DNA of 64,000 nucleotides. Origin: Octopus vulgaris (taxonomy: Eukaryota). The stretch spans positions 55,056,001 through 55,120,000 of the forward strand of contig OX597814.1 in the NCBI GenBank assembly GCA_951406725.2. The letters are read 5' to 3'. The position numbers were made by a program, and so were the translations under genes. The notes under the pieces were generated by a model. The model saw only the letters and a program-made list of their open reading frames with translations, was not told the origin of the DNA and searched no databases. Positions 39,571 to 52,226 of the stretch are shown here, piece by piece (the first letter of the stretch is position 1; every line of letters starts with the position of its first letter).

Positions 39571-40400
39571 AACTTTTAATCTGTATGTTTATTACAATTA
39601 CTTGCCGAGACACACCTAGCGCCCTAGGGCCAGTGAAGGATAAAATATGTTACAGTGTGACCAAGAGCTTGAGGAGCGGAAGTGGCAGGGGTATTAGCGA
39701 AATATCTTCATGTAATACAACACAGATATTTAAAGTGATATGGTTTTTCTAAAGATGTTGGCAGTACTTGTCAGCACAGTCTTTTGGATTTCTGTAAGAC
39801 ATGGTTCTCCTGGGATGTTGTTTAGATGTTTCTGATATCCTTTTATCATACCTAGGGCACCTACAATAACAGGAACAGTTCTTGCTTTAAGATGCCACAT
39901 CTTTTGTATTTCAATTTCTAGGTCCTTATATCTACTTAATTTGTCAAATTCTTTACAGATATATTTTTATTAGTAGGAACACTTACATTTATTAGTCTAC
40001 AAGTATTTTCTTCCTTGTCTTTAATAATTACGTCTGGTTGATTATCCCAGACCGTTCTGTCGGTGTTGATTGGAAAATTCCAGAGGATAGCGACATCTTT
40101 ACCTTTAACGACTGGCTTAGGATGTATTCATACTAGTAAGCAGGAGTGCTGATTTTGTTGTGTTTACTTATTTTCCGATGTAAATACTGTCCTACCCTAT
40201 CGTGGCGATTTTTGTATTCGTTTAGTATCAGCACAGGTCATTCCGAGACGAGATGGTTTATTGTTTCGTCAAACGTGCCGCAGAATCTGCATTTAGGTCA
40301 GAACCGTTTTGAAGAACGTTAGCCTGGTAGTTCTGATAAGCAGGCTTTGATCTTTTGCCGCCAATATTAAACCTTCAGTCTCTGCTTTCAGTCCTTAACT
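39571..40400 (-). mobile_element. 5'-truncated Dong/R4-like element inside (TAA)n
   Basis: Reverse strand gives GLKAETEGLILAA, CRFC, RHD, WNFPINTDR..PDV and IQKMWHLK..VPVIVGALG remnants; TAA repeats on both sides. Confidence 0.85.
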
Positions 40401-40411
40401 TATTATTATTA

Positions 40412-40487
<76 letters not shown>

Positions 40488-41467
40488 TCATCATAATTAT
40501 GGTTTTAATTTCAGTATCATATAATTAGATTAGTGGAGTAAAATCATTGTTGTCATTGAAACTTTTTGGAAAAGTTACAATTCCTTATCGTTATAATATC
40601 TAAAATGAAAAATGAACGACTATTTATTTATATTTATCTCTTTTCAGGTTTATACTCTCATACAAAATTTACCATTTACAAACTACAGTAGAAGTTTTCC
40701 TGAATTTCATTGCCTCAATTGTTGGTATTTTATTCTTCCTCCATATAGAAGAAGAAACTCTAATGCGTACAGAGTAAGGAAATAAATATATATACACACA
40801 TGAAGCAAAGATCTGGTGTCCAGATATACGAAGATGAAACACTTTTTCTGAACTCTCGTCCATCTCACTATCAGTGGGATTAGATAACTGTGGTTATTTT
40901 ATATTCTGTTTATCTATTTGTAATAAAACATTGTTGTAGTGTTTTTGCTCAGTATTGAATTTCAGTCAGGGATTTATAAGCACGTATGTCATGCAAGGAT
41001 ATATCTATTATTTTGAATGTCAAGTATCTCGCTTGAAGGATTCTTTTTATTTTATCATTGTTTTATGGTTTAATGGAAGGGACAGGACTTAGTTGGATCC
41101 CCATCACAAAAGAACGTAGCTAAGTAGAGCTTGACATTTAAATTTTCGGTGAAGTATATATGAAAGATATTAGAATCTATTCGAGAAAGCAAACTTTTGA
41201 TTTATTGTCATGTCGTCACTTTCATGTGAATAGAAAATTACATGCTCTGATAAGCACACCTTTGTTATAACTTATGAGTGTTCGAGAAAACCATCTTGTT
41301 TTCAGTACGATTTCTCAGTTTCTCAGCAAGACTTGAGACAAACAAATAGCATATACATACACACATAAACACACACTCGCACAAATTCATATATACGTAT
41401 ATATACATAATTACATATATGTACTTATATATACACTGTTTACATGCATATATATATTCATATATAA

Positions 41468-41523
<56 letters not shown>

Positions 41524-41819
41524 GTATTCATTTATATATATGTAAATATATATATTCTACTCTTAAATGGAGTGGTTTTCTTACATTTTAATTAACACTA
41601 TCTTACTCCCTCTTTCTCCGTCAATATCTAAAGTATGCGTTATACATTTTTTCTATTTTCCTCCCTTTACGTATTTATATATTTCTCTCTTTCTCATCCT
41701 TTCTATTCCTATCGCTTTTTGCCTACCCCGTCAGTCTGTTCCTCTAACATTTTTACTCTCTTTTCCATTCTTTCGTCAAATAGACTTTTCACGTCTTGTT
41801 GATTCATTCTTCTCTTTCT

Positions 41820-41855
<36 letters not shown>

Positions 41856-42611
41856 TTCTCTCCCCTGCTCACTAATTCTCACTCTGAAATATATATATAC
41901 ATATTTGTGTACATAGAACAGGACAAAAGGGACCAAATTGATTAATTACATATATGTGTAGAGTTACACACATATACACATGAGATATGTTTGTGTATTG
42001 GTAGGTGTAAATAAATCTGGCTTCCCCTTTTCGATTCTTGCAACATTACAGAAACATACGTCTCACATTCGTAGGGGAATAGAGAGGTAAATGTTAAAGT
42101 TTAAAATATGGGGTCCCAAGGCATACTGAGGTCTTGAATCGCTAATTTTACTTTGCAGTTGTTTCTTAAAAAATAAAAAGTTGCTAGCAGTACTAAGACC
42201 AACGCCACTGACAGTTATAACAGAATGAGGATGTATATTCCCTTCCAAATGACTATCATTTTATATGAATAAGTTTATTTTGTTTTATGAGGGGGTTAAA
42301 TCATGGATTTGAAGCTAGTTTGAAAGAGACATCTACGCAGTCGCTGGACATGATAGAAGCTGTGGTCAAGTTTCTCTAAAGTTACTTGTTACCGTTCTAA
42401 AAAGAACGAGAGAGTCAAGACTGAAGTGTGTTTAATCAGTCTGCTCTTTCAGAACTTACCTGAAGTTAATTCAAACCTATGTTTAAACATAAGTTTTCTA
42501 TACCTGCCTTTCTATTTACATTTCTTTCTCTGTGTGGCTGATATGCCCTCCAGCCTTCATCAGGTATCTTGGGGAAATTTCGAACCTGGGTTCTCATTCT
42601 TAAGGTATTTT

Positions 42612-42846
<235 letters not shown>

Positions 42847-42860
42847 AAAATTTCCCCGAG

Positions 42861-42900
42861 AGACCTGATGAAGGCTGGAGAGTATATCAGCCGAAACTGT
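42861..42900 (+). ncRNA. Putative hammerhead ribozyme core (probably incomplete)
   Basis: CTGATGA-A-GGCTG-(10 nt)-CAGCC-GAAAC; stems I and III are not convincingly formed. Confidence 0.45.
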
Positions 42901-44646
42901 GTTAACAAAATCATGACAAATATCCGTCAAATGTAAATAATGTGCATAATTCCTCATGTCTTAAATATAGAACTGTATTAAATTTTTTATTGTTTGGTTT
43001 GAATGTGATAGCAGTATAATCAACATTTTATCTAGAAAAACTTAGCGCATGTACAGCATTCAAGGACAGAACTGAACTAGTTCAAATCCAATTTATACGA
43101 TGGAAAGTTAATTTTAACGGCATGGATGTCCTGGAAAGCTGCCAAGATGTGTAGTAGTTTTAGAACTTTAATCCGACAAAAATTTAACACGGTAGGTTCA
43201 TAAAAATAAAATTCTATATCATTTTATTTATGACAATTTATAGAAAGTAAAACCATCATACAAAAACAGTTATTCTGGCTTTAAAATTGTATATAAGAAA
43301 GATCTTTCTGCAGCAGTCGTTGATACTAACAGAGAAAGTATCGAGACACCAGTTTCGCACGCAAAATCTGTAAGTCAACATGTATGATTTCCAAACATCC
43401 AAATCCATTTTTTTTTTTTTTATAAGATGGGGACCTTTCGAAATTTGCAGAGCTAACTGTTAGTGCCGGTTCTAAATTGACATTCCTGTCTGACAGTGAC
43501 GACTGATGCATTAATGCCTAGACATGTTAACCCATTACTTGCTCTATGAATCACATATGGTACACGGGACATATTTCTCTGGCGTTCATATATCATATTT
43601 GTTCGCATTCTCAATTTTTTTTCAACCTCCAGAGTTACTTGGGACTTCTGAAACAAAAGTTTACTAAAAGTTTGAAAACATGTATGGACGTTTTGGATAA
43701 ACTTATGGAAATGCTCTTCCTGTTAAAATTACCTTGAAATCACTTACGCTTTTCGTGAGCGCTGATGAAAGGACTGGTAAATATAGGGCTGCGACATAAA
43801 CGGACATGTAAAGTAAATTGGGTAACAGTTGTTAAGATTACCGTTTATAGAATTATTTTGAGGAAAATCATTCCGTGTACTGTCGCATTCTCGATTTGCT
43901 GAATTGATTCATCTCATTTATGTCTTCATATTCTGCAAAACTGTCACTGATATTATAAAATGTGTTCAATGGAAATTTACCTGTTTTATGTCTATTATAA
44001 CTGAAGTAAATGGGTTAGTAATAAGTCGTATAAATAACCGTTATCTATTAAAATATGGCAATTATTATAAATCATTTCCACGGTTTACTTTAAGCTATAA
44101 ATTGCTTCCTGTTTTGTTGAAGACAACTGGAAAATTAATTCACTGAATATTATTCATCTGTGGAAATCATGCGTAAAATTACTTTCCAGAGTATAAATAA
44201 ACCTATTATACAATTAAACAATGTCTCAGGTCGTTCAGTTATGTGTGTCGAGCATGGGAATTATTGCTAGCAAATGTGTTTTGGTATAGACAGGTTATTC
44301 AAGTCGTCTGGGAACATACCTTTTAAATAGTGAATGGCTGTTACTCATTGTTATTAAGTAGACACTTGAATAAAAGTGATTCATTTATTTTGCATAGTTA
44401 TTCAGTTTCAGAGATTTTTCAAGCTTTTTATTATTATGAAGATAGGTCAGAAAATGGGATTGTCTAAAATTAATAGTACTAAACAACTATTTCTACGTTA
44501 TTTTTATTTCTGTCCTGTAAATTGATCTAATTGTCTTCTATTCGAACGCATTATTTAATTTGCACTCGAACTTCTCTCTCTAAATATATTTTGATAATTC
44601 CATTCCATTCGTATTCAAGGGTGTTAGGTACGGAGAATTGTTACAT

Positions 44647-45412
44647 CGGTTTCAAATCTTGACACAAAGCCAGCAATTCTGGAGAGACTAAGTGGATTAA
44701 CTCGATCCCAATGTTCAGCTGGTACTTATTTTATCGATCCCGAAAAGATCAAAGGGCAAAGTCGACCCAAGCGAAATTTGAACCCAGAACTTAATGACGG
44801 GAGAAATGCTGCTAAGCATTTTGTCCAGTGTATTAACGATTCTACCAGTGCACCACCTCTGGAGAATTGTTATATTGATCTTAATACTTCGCTAGAACAT
44901 AATTTTATCGACCTTGAAACGATGGAGGACAAAATTGAATTCAAGAAGATTTAATCTAAGAACGTAAACCGCCGAAACTAAACACCACCGCCATTTTGCT
45001 TGACGTTCATACAATTCTGTCAATTATCTGCCCAAATGAAATAATATAACTTCAGCCAGAGATTGAAACTCGTGTCGTTTAAAATTCACTTCATTTGTTA
45101 TGGCATTCTCCACGTCTTTAAAAAATGGAAGAAATACAGTTAGAAATTTTTCCCCAACGATCTGAGGATTCTGTCAACTCTCCACCTTAAAGAAATCAAT
45201 AATATCCTTTCTACTATAAGTGCAAGGTCTGTTATTTTGGGCCAGTCGATTATATCGACCCCTGTGCTCAACTAGTACTTATTTTATCGAATTCAAAAAG
45301 ATGAAAAGCAAAGTTGATCTCAGCGGAATTTGAACTCAGAATGTAAGGATGGACGAAATAGCCTGAAGCATTTTGTTCGGCGTGCTAACGATTCTGCCAG
45401 CTCGCCGCCTTA
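44647..45412 (-). mobile_element. Cluster of three or more SINE family B copies
   Basis: Reverse-complement family-B bodies at about 44647-44860 (TSD GGAGAATTGTTA at 44632 and 44861), 44900-45030 and 45205-45412. Confidence 0.8.
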
Positions 45413-45867
45413 AATAAATCAATAACAGCAAGAGCACTCAGAGAGCCCAAACCTCTGCCAAGACAACACCAACGTCCTGATTGTTTTATTACCCACAAGG
45501 AGCCAAACATATATGAGACATTCACAAACAATACCGGACACATAATCGGGGAAATAAGAATACAGAAAGAAATCGAGTGAAGAAGGAAAAAAAGAACGAA
45601 TAAAAATATGAAAATGATAAAATGAGGCGCAACGCCCACTCGATCCCCGAAGTCAAATGGGTACATTTCGATGTTATTTTTGGAACCGTTTTTTGTTTCC
45701 TTTTAAAAGCTCACATCTTCGTTTTTAAATGTTCATATTTTACAATATTAAAAAATTTTTCCAAGTCTTTATGTTGGTAGGGTATCAAACCCCACCGGCC
45801 TGCCAATTGAAATTATATACTTTGCATATGTTTTTATAAACCTGTTGTATCTGTCTTCGTTCAATAA

Positions 45868-47160
45868 TACACACCTTTGTCCATCCGTGAAATCCTCCCT
45901 CGGTAATTTCAACCATATTAAACACATCCACTTGGAAATCTTCGAAAAAGTAGAGAAGGTGCTGAGGCCAATCTGGCAAGAAATAACAGAGGGCCGATAT
46001 TCGGAGTTGAGGTCAGATTCATAAATAAAAACATGGCGAAAAACACTCGACAACACCACTAAGGGACGAAGAGCTAGTACTTCTACCCACGTACCTGGGA
46101 CAGAGAGCGTCTCGGGTAAGGGTAGAAGGAATTCCACCAGAGATAGATGTGGCCTGGATAGCAGCTGCTGTTTTGGTTGATACCGAGGACAAGATAGCGG
46201 TGCTCCAGGCCACAAAAACGAAAAGTGTGAATAGGAAAGGCCAAATCTTGAATATTATTATTCAAGGTTCAAAAGAAGCAATAGAAAAAATGATTGAAAC
46301 GTTGACCGTGAACGAAACTATAATGAATGTAAGGATGGAGGGCAGAATCCCTCACTGTTTTAAATGTGGCCAGAAGGGCCACATAAGAGTGGAATGCCTC
46401 CACCAGATAAAAAAGCTGAGGAAAGGTAAAACGAAGATCCCCAGGAGAAACCACAAGAGAAACCCAGGATGGACAAGAGAAAGAAAAAATGGTTCCTGTA
46501 GAAACAGAAAAAGAAGAGGAAGAATGAGAAAATACCGGAAAAAGAAAGAGAAGGAAGAGGAAAAGGATAAGTCCAATACATATAGAACTTCACCCTACAA
46601 CTACCCAAGGCACACCCATACCCTCTTTGTTCCACCCTCGCCCTGCAGACTCTAAACCTCCTCTCTCCCCTCTAGCACAAAAACAAAAGAAAAGAACATT
46701 TTCACACAATGACTCACAAACCTCTCCTCCCATGGGCAGTTTTGCGTGTGTAATATATGATGAACTGTTTGAAAGGGCAATTGAATGGGAGAACACAGTT
46801 CATGTTGATGTAGAGAATGAAGATGGAGTGGAAGGTACGGTTCTGTTAATAACGGAACGGCAAAGGATGAAAATAAAGAGACACAAAGGGGAATATGAAC
46901 TGTGGAAGGTGGACTTTAACAAAGAAAAACTACCACAGTTTATAGAATATGAAGAACTTAAAAAAAGGTATGGGGTAGACATAATGGAGAACAGAGAAAA
47001 GGAAGCAAGCGATGTTACTTGATGGAGCAGGTAACATCATTTTCATTTCACGTTTTTCCATCTTTCATTATATCATGCGTTTTATTTTTTTTTTCAATTG
47101 TTGTATGTCCCCAATGTGATGTATGTCCCTCTTTGATGGCCCGTCATGGGTAATAAAAAA
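45868..47160 (+). mobile_element. Third ORF1-only (HAL1-like) element, 5'-truncated and frameshifted
   Basis: VLLPTYLG.R..GIPPEIDVAWIAA and MEGRIPHCFKCGQKGHIRVEC; the ORF ends at 47022 and a short 3' UTR ends AATAAAAAA. Confidence 0.8.
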
Positions 47161-49370
47161 TCGTAATCAGTTCGTGCCAGTCACGAGGCGAAATAACTCT
47201 GAAAGTTTAGCTGTGCTGGAGTGGTTTTTGTGCTTGGTTGGATTGTGTTGTTGTGTCGAGGAGTTGTTAAAGTTTGTTTTTGTTGAACTATTTTTTGAAT
47301 TGATTGTAAAACAATTATTGTTTTCACCTGCGCGGTGAAGCATTCATTATGGCTTGTGTTTAGAATCTAAGAGAAGAAGAGAAGAGGTGTGTGAGCGAGG
47401 AAGAGGTAGAGAACTTGGTCGAAAAACAACTTAGTGATTTCGACGATGAATACCCGAGATTGAGAGAGAGAGAATAATGCCAGCTACAACGAGAAAAGAA
47501 CTTAAACACCTAGTACACTAACGAAAGAAAAAGCAGAAAAAAAGAAAGAAAAGAAGAAGAAGCTTGACTCCGCCGCTAAATCTCAATAATGTGGAACAAC
47601 ATAAACAAATAATGTCAAGGGAGGGGCACGAAATTAAAGGGGCCCCTCCAAAAAGTATTATCAAGGATTTAGAAAAGAAGACGCTGATATACAAGACATA
47701 CAAGGTGACGGAAAAAAGAATCGACTATGTGACAGAAGCAGAAATCGAAAAATGCCTAAAACCAATATAGGATAAGGTGAAATACATAGCGAGAGGAAAG
47801 ATACGGTACAGTGGAGGTCAGAATGGAGTCAGAAGAAGAACCTCGGCTTCATTCTGTCGACCCTTTAAAAGCGGGCGAAGTAGTTCTTCTACCCATATAC
47901 AGGGGTGGAAGAACGTCCAGAATTACAATAATCAACATTCCCCCTGAGGTGGATCCTGGGTGGCTCATCGCGGCTGTAACTATGGGTCTGGAAGAAAAAG
48001 AGGAGGAGTGGTCTCTTGTTCAGAACAAGAGGAAAATAAAGCCACCCTCCCCCGAAAAAGAAAAAGATAAAGCGCATGTTTATTTAAAAAAGCTAAAAAT
48101 CTGGAGAAGAAAAAAATGAGGACAGTTGCTACATGGCGGTTCGCGTCTCGAAGAGAGACCTGGTGAACCGCCTGACAACTCTCCATGTAGAAAAAATAGA
48201 GACTGAGAACAAGGTAATTTGATAAACAAACCCGAAGAGATGTGTCGGACCTTTCAGGAGCATTTGGCCCAGCCTTTTGAGGGTAGTGATGGACAGGATA
48301 GTAGGATAGACCTTAACGACTTCCTCGCCGAGCTGCCACGCCTCTCGGGGCAGGACGCAGAGAGCTGTGAAGGGTCGATCACGTCTGAGGAAGTGATTGA
48401 GGCCACAACAGACTGCGGCGGTGGTAACGCGCCGGGACTCGATGGTCTACCGTACGAGCTATATAAAAGTATGCCAGAATTGTGCGCTGGAGAGTAGTGA
48501 CGCTGGTCAGGAAGAACCTGGACAAGGGGGATAATATAGATAATTTTAGGCCCATCACTCAGCTGAACGCAGAGATGAAGATTTTGGTCAAGGTGTTAGC
48601 AAAAAGATTGACGCGTGTCGCGAATGGCCTGGTTGGGGAGGCACAAACGTGTGCAGTCCCTGGCAGAACTATCCAGGATAATCTACATCTTATACGCTAC
48701 ACTGTAGAAGGGTATGGTAATACATCTGGCAAAGGTGGGGCACTAGTCCATTTAGACCAAGTTAAAGCATTTGATAGGGTAGACCATCGGTACCTGTTTT
48801 ACGTACTCGCGCAGTTCGGACTGGGTCTTGGTTTCCTCAAGTGGATCATACAATTGTACAACAATATCAGCTCGATCGTTTGGGTGAACGGATTTTCTCG
48901 AAGCCGTTCTGCATCAAAGGGTCGGTTCGCCAAGGGTGTCCACTCTCTCCACTTTTATACGTGGTGGCCCTCGAGCCATTACTGCGAAAGCTGAGCGGCA
49001 TCCTGACGAATCCTGGAGGTGGAGGATCGGTTACAGCGTACGCAGATGACAAAACTATCATCATGACTAAGATGGAACACCTACAGAAAGTAGGCGAAAC
49101 CATTAAGGTTTACGAGACGGTGGCAGGAGCAAAAATAAACCGAGAAAAGTCGGTCGGCTTGCAACTCTGCACCTGGGGAAGCAAGTCGAGCCTTTGAATA
49201 GCGTCATGGGACGCTGGACGGGGAGCCCGGTTAAGTTGCTAGGAATCTGGTTTGGCCCAGATCTACAAATAGAAAAGAACTGGTTCAAGGTATCGGGCAA
49301 GGTGACTCACATGGTCAACACCTGGTCTTGTCGGTGGCTATCCTTGTGCGCCCGTATGGTCAATAATAAA
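47161..49370 (+). mobile_element. L1/Tx1-clade element with decayed ORF1 and internally deleted ORF2
   Basis: TCAGTT initiator-like start; ORF1 remnants at 47477-48119; RT remnants at 48200-49345; AATAATAAAA end. Confidence 0.85.
48200..49345 (+). pseudogene. L1/Tx1 ORF2 reverse transcriptase (endonuclease and C-terminus missing)
   Basis: APGLDGLPYELYK, NFRPITQLNAEMKIL, LDQVKAFDRVDH, SVRQGCPLSPLLY, AYADD, KINREKS and LLGIWF over several frames. Confidence 0.92.
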
Positions 49371-50231
49371 ATCAAACATCCTTGAAAGTTTCATCCGAAT
49401 CCATCAAGCGGTTCTTGAGATATCTTGTCCAAGGACAAACAAACAAACATGACTGCAAACAATACCTCCGCCTTTGCGAAGCGGAGATAATGAACTTAAT
49501 TTCTGATACTCATGATTAGCCATTAGAAGTTCATCCGCTTTCCACCATTTGAGTTCGTACCAAAGTGTTCTATTCAAAATACAAATCACAACAATTTGAA
49601 TTTTATTTATGATTTTGTTTTGTTTTGTTTTTTCCTAAATACTTCTATTTTCATCCTCGCAGAAATCTAAGCTAACCCTCAACATCATTCCTATAGTAGG
49701 GTTTACCAAATATATTTAGTGTTTAATCTCGTAGGATAGAAAGCAGGGGGGAAACTCAGTTATATTATCCTATTTTAAACAGCTGCAGGACATAATCTGC
49801 AAAGATAGAAGAACAGATGTGAACAGCTTGTCTCAGGTGAAAAGCTGATAGGCACTAATAAGATGAGAAAGATATCCTTTTCATTACTTTACTTTTATTC
49901 TTTTTTTCAGTTATTTATTCTAAATAGGTTATGATAGGGGTAAACTTAGATTTTTCTACTTTTTGTTTAGATCTTCCTTCAACAGGAACGTGACATTTTA
50001 GCAATTTTCCTATGTAAGCGTAAAATGCCGTATATTATGTGTGTGTGATATGCGTGTGTGTAAATATATATGTTCATGTATATGTGTGTGCGTATGTATA
50101 TTTGTATGCATGGATGCCTATATATTAACTTCAGACTTGCGAGCATTGAGCTGTATTTATTGACAGATACATGTGTGTATGCAAAATTTATAAGCATATA
50201 TATATATATATTTATACATGTATACATATAT

Positions 50232-50285
<54 letters not shown>

Positions 50286-50395
50286 CTGACGACAGATAGC
50301 TCCGAATGATCTGTACTTGTTTTTTCTTGTCTTTCTTTGTATCGTTTAACTCTCCGGTTGCTTTGTTGTCGCCTGTTACGTTCTGGTTCCGTTTG

Positions 50396-50441
<46 letters not shown>

Positions 50442-50473
50442 ATAAATACATATTTGTGCGTCTGAATGTATGC

Positions 50474-50614
<141 letters not shown>

Positions 50615-50700
50615 GTTAAACGCAGGTGTTATTTAAATCTTTTTAGTACCGACATATGTTTCGAAGAAAACATTGGTATTATTCCAGAAGGAATAAAATG

Positions 50701-50744
<44 letters not shown>

Positions 50745-50974
50745 AGTTTGTATACACAGAAGTGACTGTCAAGAACTCTTCTGATTTCATACAAAACTGA
50801 GGCAAATTTACTTTATGTGTTCCATGAAATATTCCACGATTCCAGAGCTGTGCTCATTGTCACGATATAGAAATGAAACGGAACGGGAAAGCAGATGCTA
50901 TTCTACACTGATCAGTTGCTACTCTGTCTTATCAGTCGATATTCAATATATCCAGTGGCAGGCCTGCATACATT

Positions 50975-51178
50975 GGCGCAGGCCTGGCTGTGTGGAGAGA
51001 AGCTTGCTTCCTTTCTCACCACATAGTTTCGCATTCGCTCCCACTGTGTAGCACCTTGGTTCCGGGTTCAGTCCCACTGCGTGGCATCTTGGGCAAGGTC
51101 TTTTACAATAGCCCCGTGACAACTAAAGCTTTGTGAGTGGATTTGGTAGGTGGAAACTGACAAAAGCCGGTCGTATAT
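50975..51178 (+). mobile_element. SINE family A with a duplicated head segment
   Basis: Two consecutive CCCACTG.GT.GCA.CTTGG blocks. Confidence 0.75.
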
Positions 51179-51304
51179 GTGTATGTAAAGAAAGATAGAG
51201 AGAAAGAGAGAGAGAAGGAAAATGAGTTAAGAGAGATTAAAAATGGTAGCTGTGAAAGACATATAAGAATAGAAACACACTCCTGCTGCGTGAAGAAAAG
51301 AGAA

Positions 51305-51823
51305 AGGGGGCCTACTGCGATATTTTTTTTCCCACGAGAGTTCATGACCCCAGTAATGAACTCATTTGCATACAACCAATCAGAGCTCACCTTGACCTTC
51401 TCAAGTTAACAAACAAACTCTACCAAGTAAACTCAAGACGAAGAACGGTGTTGTAAGTCGACCGATCGCCAAGTTGTGGCCCCATTTCGTAAAGATATGG
51501 TTTGTTAGGGTCCCATATGGTAAAGATCTGGATGGGAAAATGTAGGTATAGGGTGATGTGCTAGCAACCCTCTCCCTTTATTGTTTTAGAAAGTAAAAAA
51601 ACAACACAAGTAACTACTCAGATGAAACAAGAACTAGAACACAAGCATTATCAAGAGAGAAAAGACGTATGGTAATTCCTTACTCAAGTGACTTTAGCTT
51701 ATCGCCCAACACTTGTTATGAGATCATAAATTAGTTTGATAGTTGAGCTCTGATTAGCTGTATGCAAATGAGTTCATAACTGGGGTCCGGAACTCTCATG
51801 GGAAAACAATTTGGTGGGCCTCC
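51305..51823. repeat. Element bounded by ~85-bp inverted repeats (MITE-like)
   Basis: GACCCCAGTAATGAACTCATTTGCATACAACCAATCAGAGCTCA versus TGAGCTCTGATTAGCTGTATGCAAATGAGTTCATAACTGGGGTC. Confidence 0.75.
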
Positions 51824-51990
51824 TGTCATTGATTGCTCCTCAAATGAGTCTTACTTGGTTTCATCCCCCATTCAAGTAAACCGGTACGTCTAGAGAATTT
51901 GTTTTCTTCTTTTGCACGTCGAAAGCTGAAAGTTTAGGCTTTCTAATATTATAATTCATTTCCGTCTCTCTGATTTACGATATGCTGTGC

Positions 51991-52084
<94 letters not shown>

Positions 52085-52226
52085 TGTATGTATGTATGTA
52101 TGCATATGCATGTGTGCGTGCATGTATACTTGCATGAGTGCGTGCATGTATGCATACGTGCATACATGCGTACATAGGTACGTATATAAGTACGTACATA
52201 CATACATACATACATACATACATACA

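Larger units (their letters stand above)
45423..49490 (-). mobile_element. Helentron/DINE-1-like non-autonomous element split by L1/Tx1 insertions
   Basis: Minus-strand 5' end TTATCTCCGC..GGCGGAGGT, (GTTT)n, GATGGATTCGGATGAAACTTT; 3' end TTGGCAGAGGTTTGGGCTCTCTGAGTGC (subterminal IR plus hairpin). The halves are 45423-45867 and 49370-49490. Confidence 0.7.
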
